DNA of 64,000 bases. Origin: a virus. Its lineage: Duplodnaviria; Caudoviricetes. Shown here in pieces: positions 1-7,700 of the stretch; within the stretch, counting starts at the first letter, position 1; each line of letters opens with the position of its first letter. Position numbers and translations under genes: made by a program. The notes under the pieces are model-generated. The model was not told where the DNA came from. It worked only from the letters and a program-made list of their open reading frames with translations, and ran no database searches. The stretch spans positions 128,001 through 192,000 of IMG/VR virus record IMGVR_UViG_3300037466_003648; one strand, written 5' to 3'.

Positions 1-1
1 A

Positions 2-1225
2 TTGAACCTCAAGGGGATCGACTTCGCCTCCCACTCCAAGATGAACGTCTTCAACGAGTGCGGGCAGAAGTTCTTCTACGAGTACATCGACAAGTCGCGC
101 GTCCGCATCGAGAAGGACTACTTCATCATCGGCAGCGCGTGCCACAAGTGCATCGAAATGTACTACCTGGACGACTCGGGCAGCATCAACCACCCGCTCG
201 ACTACACGGACATTTACTGGCGCGACTGGCTGCGCTCCAAGCAGCTGGGCTTCCTGCTGGGCGACCTCAAGGTCATCGCGGCCGAGATCGCCCAGATCAA
301 CAAGCGCTGCCGGGCAGACTACACGGGCGAGGATGCCATCCGCCGCGGCGCCAAGCCCGAGAAGGGCGAGAAGAAGTACCCGCGCGGCAAGGAGTACCAC
401 AAGAACCCGGTCGCCGACAACCCGGCGATGACCGGCGACTACAAGCGCGCGATGGAAGAGCTGGACCTCGACCGGCGCATCCACGAGATCGATGTGCAGC
501 TCGTCGCCAAGGGGCCGGAGTTCGCCAGTGTGTCGTTGTCCAACTGCTACGCCGAAGTGCAAGAGATCCTGAAGCACTACAAGGACCCGGAGTGCTTGGC
601 CTCGGTCGATTACGTCGAGTTCCCCGTCTCCCACCGCGTGTGGGAGGGCAAGACCGTCGTGGACGTCATCAACCTGGTGAAGCTGCCCGGCAGTGATACC
701 GACCTGATGAACGGCTACATGGACCTCGTGGGTACCATGACCGCGAAGTACGGCGGCGGCGTCGGTCTGGGCGATTACAAGTCGTCCAAGAAGGAGTGCA
801 CCGTCCTGGAGGTGATGTACCACGCGCAGCTGAACAAGTACGCGTACATGTACTACGTCCTGTTCGGGGTCTGGCCGACGCATCTGTTCATCAACAACCT
901 GCGCTTCGGTACCGTTACCATCGCGCCCTGCAAGCCGGAGATCGCCATGGCGATCGTCGAGCAGTACGCGGCCGACGTCAAGGCGTCCAAGATCGCGGCC
1001 AACTACCGCAAGAAGGACCCGTTTGGTTTCGACTCTCCGTGCCTGACGTTCGAGAAGGACGGCAGTCTGAAGGAGCACTGCCCGCACCTCGTGAAGTGCT
1101 TCAAGCACATCGCGGAAGAGCTGGGCGTCGCACCCAAGCCGCTGGCTGATGGGTTCGGTACGGCCGAGAAGGTCGTGCGTGCCGAAGCCCCGATCGCCAG
1201 TCCCACGCTGAAGGATGGCTTCTAA
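2..1225 (+). CDS. PD-(D/E)XK nuclease, AddB/RecB/Cas4-like (5' end may lie outside the window)
   Basis: N-terminal SHSKMNVFNECGQKF...GSACHKCIE, catalytic region VEFPV...GYMDLV...DYKSS...QLNKY, C-terminal Cys cluster PCLTF...HCPHLVKC; strong G/C third-position bias. Confidence 0.8.
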   Translation: MNLKGIDFASHSKMNVFNECGQKFFYEYIDKSRVRIEKDYFIIGSACHKCIEMYYLDDSGSINHPLDYTDIYWRDWLRSKQLGFLLGDLKVIAAEIAQINKRCRADYTGEDAIRRGAKPEKGEKKYPRGKEYHKNPVADNPAMTGDYKRAMEELDLDRRIHEIDVQLVAKGPEFASVSLSNCYAEVQEILKHYKDPECLASVDYVEFPVSHRVWEGKTVVDVINLVKLPGSDTDLMNGYMDLVGTMTAKYGGGVGLGDYKSSKKECTVLEVMYHAQLNKYAYMYYVLFGVWPTHLFINNLRFGTVTIAPCKPEIAMAIVEQYAADVKASKIAANYRKKDPFGFDSPCLTFEKDGSLKEHCPHLVKCFKHIAEELGVAPKPLADGFGTAEKVVRAEAPIASPTLKDGF

Positions 1226-1243
1226 GTCACTCCTCGTTAAAAC

Positions 1244-1321
1244 CCTCTCCTGAAGCGGATCTTGACAGACTCTACTCCTGTAGTATTATAGGAGTAATCG
1301 ATCAAGTCCATTCAGGAGAGG
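1244..1321 (+). repeat. long imperfect inverted repeat spanning the promoter and RBS
   Basis: CCTCTCCTGAA 1244-1254 / TTCAGGAGAGG 1311-1321; inner arms GGA(T)CTTGA / TCAAGTCC and TACTCCT 1273-1279 / AGGAGTA 1290-1296. Confidence 0.8.
1262..1289 (+). promoter_or_regulatory. sigma70-type promoter upstream of the HU-like gene
   Basis: TTGACA 1262-1267, 16 bp spacer, TATTAT 1284-1289, in an AT-richer intergenic gap. Confidence 0.65.
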
Positions 1322-1323
1322 TC

Positions 1324-1671
1324 ATGACCACAAAGCCAACCCCACCGCTGCGCCACATGGAGTGGGTGCGCCTCGTCTGGAAGCAGACCGATGGCATCGA
1401 GCTGGAGGTCGTCCGCAAGGTGCTGCGCGCCGCCGTGGATGTTCTGGTTCGCGAGCTGCTCGCTGGTCGGACGATCTCGATCCGCAGCTTGGGCAGCTTC
1501 TTCACCTACGATCGCCCCGAGCGTCGGTTCTACAACCCGGCCGCCGGTGCCTTCGTCGACAAGCCCGTCACCCGTTTGCCCCGGTTCAAGTACTCGAACT
1601 GGCTCAAGAACCAGGTGATGGGCCGTCGCGTGAAGACCAAGGCGAAGGGCACGGTGTCCCCGGATGCCTAA
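1324..1671 (+). CDS. HU/IHF-like DNA-binding protein
   Basis: ELLAGRTISIRSLGSF...RPERRFYNP...RLPRFKYS matches the HU/IHF arm pattern; AGGAGAG RBS. Confidence 0.8.
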   Translation: MTTKPTPPLRHMEWVRLVWKQTDGIELEVVRKVLRAAVDVLVRELLAGRTISIRSLGSFFTYDRPERRFYNPAAGAFVDKPVTRLPRFKYSNWLKNQVMGRRVKTKAKGTVSPDA

Positions 1672-1972
1672 GCCTCATCCCGTCCGCGACAAGTTCCTCA
1701 AGTACCTCAAGGGTCCACTGGCCCATGACACCCCTTGGGTAGATGTCTCGGGCGTGTATATGGCGCACGAGGTTCGCGCTGCAATCAAGAAGATCGCCGC
1801 GACCGATCCCATTCTCCACCAGATCATCGACCAGTACGTGCGTACCCGCAAGGCGCGCATGCAGATCGCGCAGAGCGTGTCCTACGACTCGTCCACCGTC
1901 AAGCGCAAGCTCGACGAGGCTGCCGATCTGGTGATGCACAACCTCAAGCTCGACGCTCCCGAGGTCAAGTAA
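1664..1972 (+). CDS. HTH DNA-binding protein (possible transcription regulator)
   Basis: C-terminal HTH-like RMQIAQSVSYDSSTVKRKL; start overlaps the upstream stop. Confidence 0.55.
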   Translation: MPKPHPVRDKFLKYLKGPLAHDTPWVDVSGVYMAHEVRAAIKKIAATDPILHQIIDQYVRTRKARMQIAQSVSYDSSTVKRKLDEAADLVMHNLKLDAPEVK

Positions 1973-1975
1973 ACC

Positions 1976-2578
1976 ATGGTCAGCAAGCGCGTCCTCAAGT
2001 ACTTCAAGCGGCCTCTCCACGAGCCGTGCAAGGCATGCGCCGAGCGTGCCGTACAAGAGGCGACGGCGCTCGTCACCGTCGAGCTGCCTGCCTACGCGCG
2101 CAAGGGGCCACAGTCGGAGATCGACCAGTTCGGTCTGGGTGCCGAGGTCGTGCGCCTGTACACGGCAGGCATGACCCAACAGGAGATCGGCAACGAGCTG
2201 AACCTCACCAAGGACCAGGTTCAGCACTGGTTGGAAGGCTACCGCAAGATGTCGATCGACGACCGCAAGACGGTCCACAAGCGATCCATCTTCGACCTGG
2301 GTGATCGGCTGCAGGAAGCCTTCGAGATGATCTATCAGGAGCTAATCGATTCGAAGGAGAACAAGGATCTCAACAACAAGAACCTGCAGCTCCTGCTCAA
2401 GTGCATCCAGGTCGGTGGTGTCTTCATGGAGAAGCTCCACGCCCAGCAGGAGGATCGCCGCTACAAGGCCGCGATGCTCCAGGTGATGGAGGACATGGCG
2501 CCTGGTACCAAAGCCAAGGTGCTGCGCGCCCTCTCCGAGATGGACCTGAACAGCAACATCGTGCGGAGGCTGACGTAA
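1976..2578 (+). CDS. HTH protein, candidate terminase small subunit
   Basis: HTH MTQQEIGNELNLTKDQVQHWL followed by a helical/coiled-coil region; architecture typical of TerS, but function is inferred. Confidence 0.45.
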   Translation: MVSKRVLKYFKRPLHEPCKACAERAVQEATALVTVELPAYARKGPQSEIDQFGLGAEVVRLYTAGMTQQEIGNELNLTKDQVQHWLEGYRKMSIDDRKTVHKRSIFDLGDRLQEAFEMIYQELIDSKENKDLNNKNLQLLLKCIQVGGVFMEKLHAQQEDRRYKAAMLQVMEDMAPGTKAKVLRALSEMDLNSNIVRRLT

Positions 2579-2769
2579 TGTCGCTTCCGCGTGATCCCGA
2601 ACCGCGAGACATCGACGCCGAGCAGCAGATTCTGTTGGGTCGTTTCGACGTGGCGACCGAGAACTTGCGCGAGGCTCAAGCAGACCACGATCACACGAAG
2701 GCCGTTCGAGCGTTGAGCGACATGCACAACGCAATTCGGGGTGCAGGTCGTCTCCTGCAGGAGCTGTAG
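2578..2769 (+). CDS. hypothetical protein (63 aa, MSLPRDPE...)
   Basis: TAATG stop/start overlap at 2576-2580; fills the gap exactly to the next ATG at 2770. Confidence 0.65.
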   Translation: MSLPRDPEPRDIDAEQQILLGRFDVATENLREAQADHDHTKAVRALSDMHNAIRGAGRLLQEL

Positions 2770-3294
2770 ATGGCCACCTCCGATTCTACCGACCCGTCGA
2801 TCTCAGCCAGCTTCATGGCCGGGTGGGTCTACGCGGGTGTCCCCTACACCAAGGACGCGAACCGGACGGCCAACCCGGTGGGCACACCAAACTGGTTCTC
2901 CCGCGGTTCCCTGCACCGTGCCAAGTGGATTCGGCAGGGTCCCTTCGTCGACGTCAATGGGATGTACGAAGTCCCGGAGGACCACGCGTTGGTCTACTGG
3001 GAGATCAAGCAGGGCACCCCGGAGTGGCAGCCCCCGGTCGAGGAACGCATCCCCGCCATCCTGGCGATTCTTCCGATCGACCTGGAGTTTGTCGCAGGCA
3101 ACTGGCCGGGGGCAACCAGCCCACCGCTGTTGTTCCAGTCGGTCGATCCCGACCTTGCACTCATCGCCCCACAGGACGATGTCGCGGTGTGGTTCGCCCT
3201 GAGCGGACCGGCCCACATCGTTGGGCGGTTCCGCGTACCTGACGAGGTGGATCTGGGCTTCGGCCGCAGCAACCTGGGTGGGTGGGGACTCTAG
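2770..3294 (+). CDS. hypothetical protein
   Basis: 174 aa ORF abutting its neighbours, GC3-biased codons. Confidence 0.7.
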   Translation: MATSDSTDPSISASFMAGWVYAGVPYTKDANRTANPVGTPNWFSRGSLHRAKWIRQGPFVDVNGMYEVPEDHALVYWEIKQGTPEWQPPVEERIPAILAILPIDLEFVAGNWPGATSPPLLFQSVDPDLALIAPQDDVAVWFALSGPAHIVGRFRVPDEVDLGFGRSNLGGWGL

Positions 3295-3295
3295 C

Positions 3296-3964
3296 ATGAG
3301 TGCCACCAAGGACATCGACCAACTGATCGCCGACATCCGTCTCGCGACTGACTTGGTGGCCGAGAAGTCCTTGGTACGTCGCCTGCGTGGCGGTGCTGGA
3401 ACCCTGGACATCTTGAAAAGCGCGTTGGCACGCCTGGCCGAGATCCGTCAAACGTTCTCGATCCCCAACGACGTAGAGATTCTGGACTGGCTGAAGACAC
3501 AGCTTGCCGATCCACCGGCTATCACTGGTAAGGTGATCACTCCCGAAGTTGCGGAGCGCAGTGCTCAACGGTGGCTGCCTTCACCGGATGGTCCCGAACC
3601 TCCTGTTGTGGTCGAACCAGCCTCATTGGAACGGTTGCGACGTCGTCGTCCCAAACAGTGCGCTCGCTGCCCCAACAGCTTTATCCCGACGGGCTACCAA
3701 CAACCCTTCTGCCCTTCGTGTGTCGCTGCAATTGACATCGAGAACGCAGAGATCCGTCGCCAACAGATCGCGGCCGATCCAGAAGACGACAAACGGTCCG
3801 AGTCCGACACCTGGCCCAGCAGCAAGGTGAAGGGATTCCCTTGTGGCAGCTGCGTCAACGGTAAGAAGAACGACCTGTCCGAGAGCGGCTTCGAGTGCAC
3901 CACGAGCTGCGCCCGTGCGTGCGCCCCATGGGGTCCTGCGTGGAAGTACGAAGCGAAGGCTTGA
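3296..3964 (+). CDS. hypothetical Cys-rich (zinc-finger-like) protein
   Basis: ATG 1 nt after the upstream stop; CARC...CPSC and CGSC...CTTSCARAC motifs. Confidence 0.65.
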   Translation: MSATKDIDQLIADIRLATDLVAEKSLVRRLRGGAGTLDILKSALARLAEIRQTFSIPNDVEILDWLKTQLADPPAITGKVITPEVAERSAQRWLPSPDGPEPPVVVEPASLERLRRRRPKQCARCPNSFIPTGYQQPFCPSCVAAIDIENAEIRRQQIAADPEDDKRSESDTWPSSKVKGFPCGSCVNGKKNDLSESGFECTTSCARACAPWGPAWKYEAKA

Positions 3965-3989
3965 CAGGATTGCTTCTTGGTGCGATGAT
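3961..3989 (+). promoter_or_regulatory. sigma70-type promoter (P-a) for a short RNA
   Basis: TTGACA 3961-3966, 17 bp spacer, extended -10 TGc-GATGAT 3981-3989; TGGTGC/GCACCA inverted repeat flanks the -10. Confidence 0.55.
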
Positions 3990-3995
3990 AGCACC

Positions 3996-4077
3996 AGCCT
4001 GAGCTTCGGTTCCGTGTCCCAAACATTCCCGAAGCCTTCGCACGAAGCCCCTGCCCGCACAGGGGCTTCGTGCTGTT
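3996..4077 (+). ncRNA. putative ~80 nt small RNA
   Basis: follows P-a; stem GCTTCGG 4003-4009 / CCGAAGC 4029-4035 with a 19 nt loop; ends in a 14 bp hairpin; no credible ORF. Confidence 0.45.
4040..4077 (+). terminator. 14 bp perfect hairpin, probable terminator with a weak U-tract
   Basis: GCACGAAGCCCCTG 4040-4053 / CAGGGGCTTCGTGC 4060-4073, then TGTT. Confidence 0.55.
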
Positions 4078-4104
4078 GACACATGGATCGATCCATGGTA
4101 ACTT
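4076..4104 (+). promoter_or_regulatory. sigma70-type promoter (P-b) with a palindromic spacer
   Basis: TTGACA 4076-4081, exactly 17 bp spacer containing the perfect palindrome CATGGATCGATCCATG 4082-4097, extended -10 TGg-TAACTT 4096-4104. Confidence 0.7.
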
Positions 4105-4110
4105 ACATAC

Positions 4111-4395
4111 ATCAGGCTCTGTCGGAGTGCGGGACACGGAAGACAACCTGCTGGGAGCGAAGGGGCCGCTAGACGCCTGACGCCCTCGAAGGAAGAACCC
4201 GCGGAGTTCTTCACCGTTGTCCCTACCCTCCAATCGTACCCACGGGTCGAGCGGAGTTCCCGAAGGCTGGCCTTGACGGCCTGTACGACTGGAACGTGGG
4301 GGTAGGGGGACACGGTTACTTCGAGGGAGACTCAGCTAACCACTTCCGCCTGACGGGCGGGCGCGCGAGACGAGCCACACGGCTCGTCTTTTTGT
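4111..4395 (+). ncRNA. putative ~285 nt structured non-coding RNA (family not recognised)
   Basis: bounded by P-b and an intrinsic terminator; nested helices TCAGGC/GCCTGA, CGGAAG/CTTCCG, GCTGGG/CTCAGC, CCCTCGAAG/CTTCGAGGG, GAAGAAC/GTTCTTC, CCGTTGTCCC/GGGACACGG, TCGTAC/GTACGA. Confidence 0.65.
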
Positions 4396-4397
4396 TT
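4367..4397 (+). terminator. intrinsic terminator
   Basis: AGACGAGCC 4368-4376 / GGCTCGTCT 4381-4389, 4 nt loop, followed by TTTTGTTT. Confidence 0.85.
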
Positions 4398-4425
4398 GGG
4401 ACCGCGGGTCCTGGGAGGAGATCCG

Positions 4426-4707
4426 TTGCTAAAACTGTACGCCCTGCTAATGATCGTGGGAGCGATCATCGCCTTGACCGGCTTGCTCTGGGCGATCCCG
4501 GAGTACGGTCAGCTGTACCGCACCTGGTTCGTGCTTTCCTCCACCAAGTCGACCGATGCGGTTTGGTTGACACGGCTCTCCGCCCAAGTGCAGATCCACC
4601 GCCTCAACTGCTTTGCCGAGGCGCTGGGTTCCTTGGCCGGACTCTTCATGATCGTGGGCGCCTTGTTAGGCATCTCGATCGAGCGGTTGCGTTCGGCGCC
4701 GCGTTAG
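4426..4707 (+). CDS. small membrane protein (two hydrophobic segments, 93 aa)
   Basis: GGAGGAG RBS before TTG 4426; hydrophobic N- and C-terminal stretches; stop overlaps the stop of the convergent giant gene. Confidence 0.65.
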   Translation: MLKLYALLMIVGAIIALTGLLWAIPEYGQLYRTWFVLSSTKSTDAVWLTRLSAQVQIHRLNCFAEALGSLAGLFMIVGALLGISIERLRSAPR

Positions 4708-7700
4708 AACCATCCGGTGTGAACCAGGGCATCGTAGACGACGTTGGAAGCACGGTCCAGCACACCGGAACGTGTCGGGGTCGGCGGTGCCACGTCCGCG
4801 CGGGCAGCGTGTGGGCTTGGGGTGTGTCCCTTGATCTGGGCACGACCGCCCTTGACCGTCACCGTTGGGCGCGGCTTTGGCTGCGCCTTGTTGGCGGAGT
4901 CGTTGCTGCCCTGTCGTCCCTGGGGCGTGTTGGTCTGGAGGGTGACGACCATCTTCTTCTTGGCGTTCTTGGGCGCCAGGGACGGCGGCTTGGGCAGCGG
5001 AGACATCTGCTCCAGAATGTCTGGTGCCAGCACCAAAGGCGGGTGGGTGTTCTCACCCTCCCGATCCTTGCGCACGCGCTCGCGCATCTGCAAGTTCTGG
5101 ACGACCAGGTCCGGCGACGGGTGGTTACGACGCCAGAACTCGACCATGTCTCGGTCCGCCTGACGCATGGGGCTCTGGGGCACCAACAGGTCCGTCTGGA
5201 ACGTGCGTTCGTAGTGCCAGGAACCCGCCGCGCCCATCAGCACTTCGAGACCCTTCTTCTTGTTTGCCCATGCGGCCTTCGCGTAGTCGCTCAGGTGCGT
5301 TGTCACCTGGTTGTACTTGTCCTCGTCGCGTGCGTAAGGGCTCAAGCCGCCCGACGCCTGTGGGAACGCCTCGAAGACGGCACGCGCCAAGCCCGTCTGC
5401 CAGTTGCCGGGCATACGCTGGAACTTGTAGGTGTCCATCACACGGTAGTAAGGCACGCCTTGAATGACCGCCGGGCGGACCAGCGCACGACCGATGGCGA
5501 GCTTCTCCGCCTCGACGTCGATGCCGCGCTGGGACGTGCTGACGTAGTCGGCGTACTCGATCGAGTGCGTCTTGCGCTTCGCAGACTCTTCCAGTGCGAA
5601 GCGGTAGCGGTTCAGCTCGTGGCTGGTGAAGCTGCTCTCCGTCATGGCGCCCATGTACGAGTTGTCGTGGCGGCCGAGACCGGCCCAGAACTGGCCTTGG
5701 TAGCGCACGAAGGACGGCACCGATGCACGACCAATCCAGCGCAGCACCTCACCAGGTGCGCTGGCAACGGTACCCACCGTGTTGGTCAGCAACCCCTTGG
5801 TGGCCGTGTTGATCTTGTTGATGCCCCACACGGTCGCACCACCCGCAACAACCGCGGCACCCAACCCAGCCGCCACAGGTGCCCACGCGGGAGCGGTGAT
5901 CACACCGGCCGCGATCAGCCCGGCGGTGCCCGCAGCCGCGGCACCAAAGGCGAGACTGCCCGTGTACATACCGGTAGCACCCGACACCACGTTCAGACCC
6001 GCCTCGCGGCGCTGGGTCTGCGAGGTACCAAAGACGGTTTGCAGGGCGTCCCAACCCACCGCAAGCCCCATCGAGACACGACCGAATGCCTTCGAGGCCG
6101 CCCAGGTCGCTACACGACCCAAGACCCGCATGCCCCGCGAGAGCTTCTGACCCATCCAGTGTGCCGCGTGTCCGGTTGCCGTCGCCAACTGACCCAGTGC
6201 ATGCAGCGCGGTCGACGTCGTCACCATGCCCAGGTTCCAGGTCGCACGGCTCCGCTCTTCGGGGGACGACGTCGAATCGGACAGGGTGTTGATGTCCAAG
6301 GCCGCGAAGGCCGCGCTCAAAGCGAGCGTGCCACGCAATCCCGCAAACGTGTTCGGTGCGCGACCGGGACCGGGTACTGGACCCAGCGGGATGACAGCAG
6401 GCGCCACTGCCGTGTTGGGACGACCCCGGACGGCAGCTGTTGCCCCAGAGCCCAACAAGAGCTGGGGAGTCGAACCCAGAGGAATGACACCGGGCGTGAC
6501 CGCCGTGTTGAGACGACCCCGCGGGGCTGCTACCGTACCAGGACCCAACAAGAGTGGATCGGCGTTCACCGGACCCAAGGCGATCAGGTCGGGCGTGTGC
6601 GCCCCGTTAAGGCGTCCACGGATCTGGGAGGTGGCGGGAGTACCCATGCCCAACACCAAGGGGTTTGCCGGGGCTCCCAGTGCGATCACTTCGGGCGTCA
6701 CGGCACCGTTGAGACGACCCCGCGTGATGGGTTCGGCCGTTACGCCCGGACCCAACAACAAAGGCGCCGTTCGCGTCTGCAGAGAACGCAGCCCCATGCC
6801 ACGGCTGTAGGTGCGTGCCGCGCTGGCAGACTCTTCCAATGGAGCTGCTGCCACGCTCAAGCCGCCGCCCATGGTCAACCCACGGCCCCGCAGCAGCTCG
6901 TAGCCGATCGGCTGACGGGTGGCGGGAGCGGGTTGGTCGGGATGCAGCATGCTCAACCCCGGTCCGTAGGTGGCTCCGTTCCGAGCCAACAGACTGACCG
7001 TCCGGGTCGACAGGCTACCGGGAACACGGCTCTCGGCCATCGCCATTGCATCTTCAATCAGGTGCATCGTGGGCGTTGGACGTACCGCGAAACGTCCTGT
7101 GCTTGGGTCGCGGTAGCGACCTGGCTGCATGATGGGATCGGGACGGAAGCGTGGACGACGCGGCACCACCCCGTAGGTCATTTCGACCAGGTCGGGGTGC
7201 GTAGGGTAGCTCTCACCTTCAACCGGCATGAAGCCGAAGCGCTCACGGCCGGTGGTCCACCGATAGCCATGATCATTCACCAGACGATCGAGAATGGGCA
7301 GCATGCCGCCTCGCTGACCCGCAGGGGCGGGACGGAACCGGCCATCAGGACCACGGTGCGGCAGTACTCGACCGGGCAATTCGATGACATCGGGCGTCGC
7401 CACCGCGTTGGCGCGACCCACCCCGCCCGTTTCCATTTGCTGGCGGAGTACCGTCAACTGCTTGCGAACGGGATCGGTGTGCGGCGCATGCGTACCGTTG
7501 AACAACGCGCCCAACACGTCGTTCTTGGAATGTCCCCACGGGAGACTCCAGACACCCTTGTGTTGGAAGGCCACAATGTGGTCGGTGTTCATCACACCAC
7601 GACCCAACAGACGGGGGTGCAGGTCCCGACGCGGGGCAGCGTTGACCCGATTGTACTCGGGCGTGAACGAGGGATGATCCCCGCGATCGGGCGAACGGAA

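Noticed and set aside
4111-4395. assignment of the long RNA to tmRNA, RNase P, SRP, group I/II intron, hammerhead or cobalamin riboswitch
   Set aside because: the conserved signature sequences of these families were not found by eye; a covariance-model search is needed
6380-6790. spaced DNA repeats as a possible CRISPR array
   Set aside because: degenerate, in-frame peptide repeats inside a CDS with a ~100 bp period; no leader or cas operon
7520-7600. DHIV...KG as a possible HNH motif in the giant protein
   Set aside because: the downstream Asn/His spacing of HNH nucleases is not convincing
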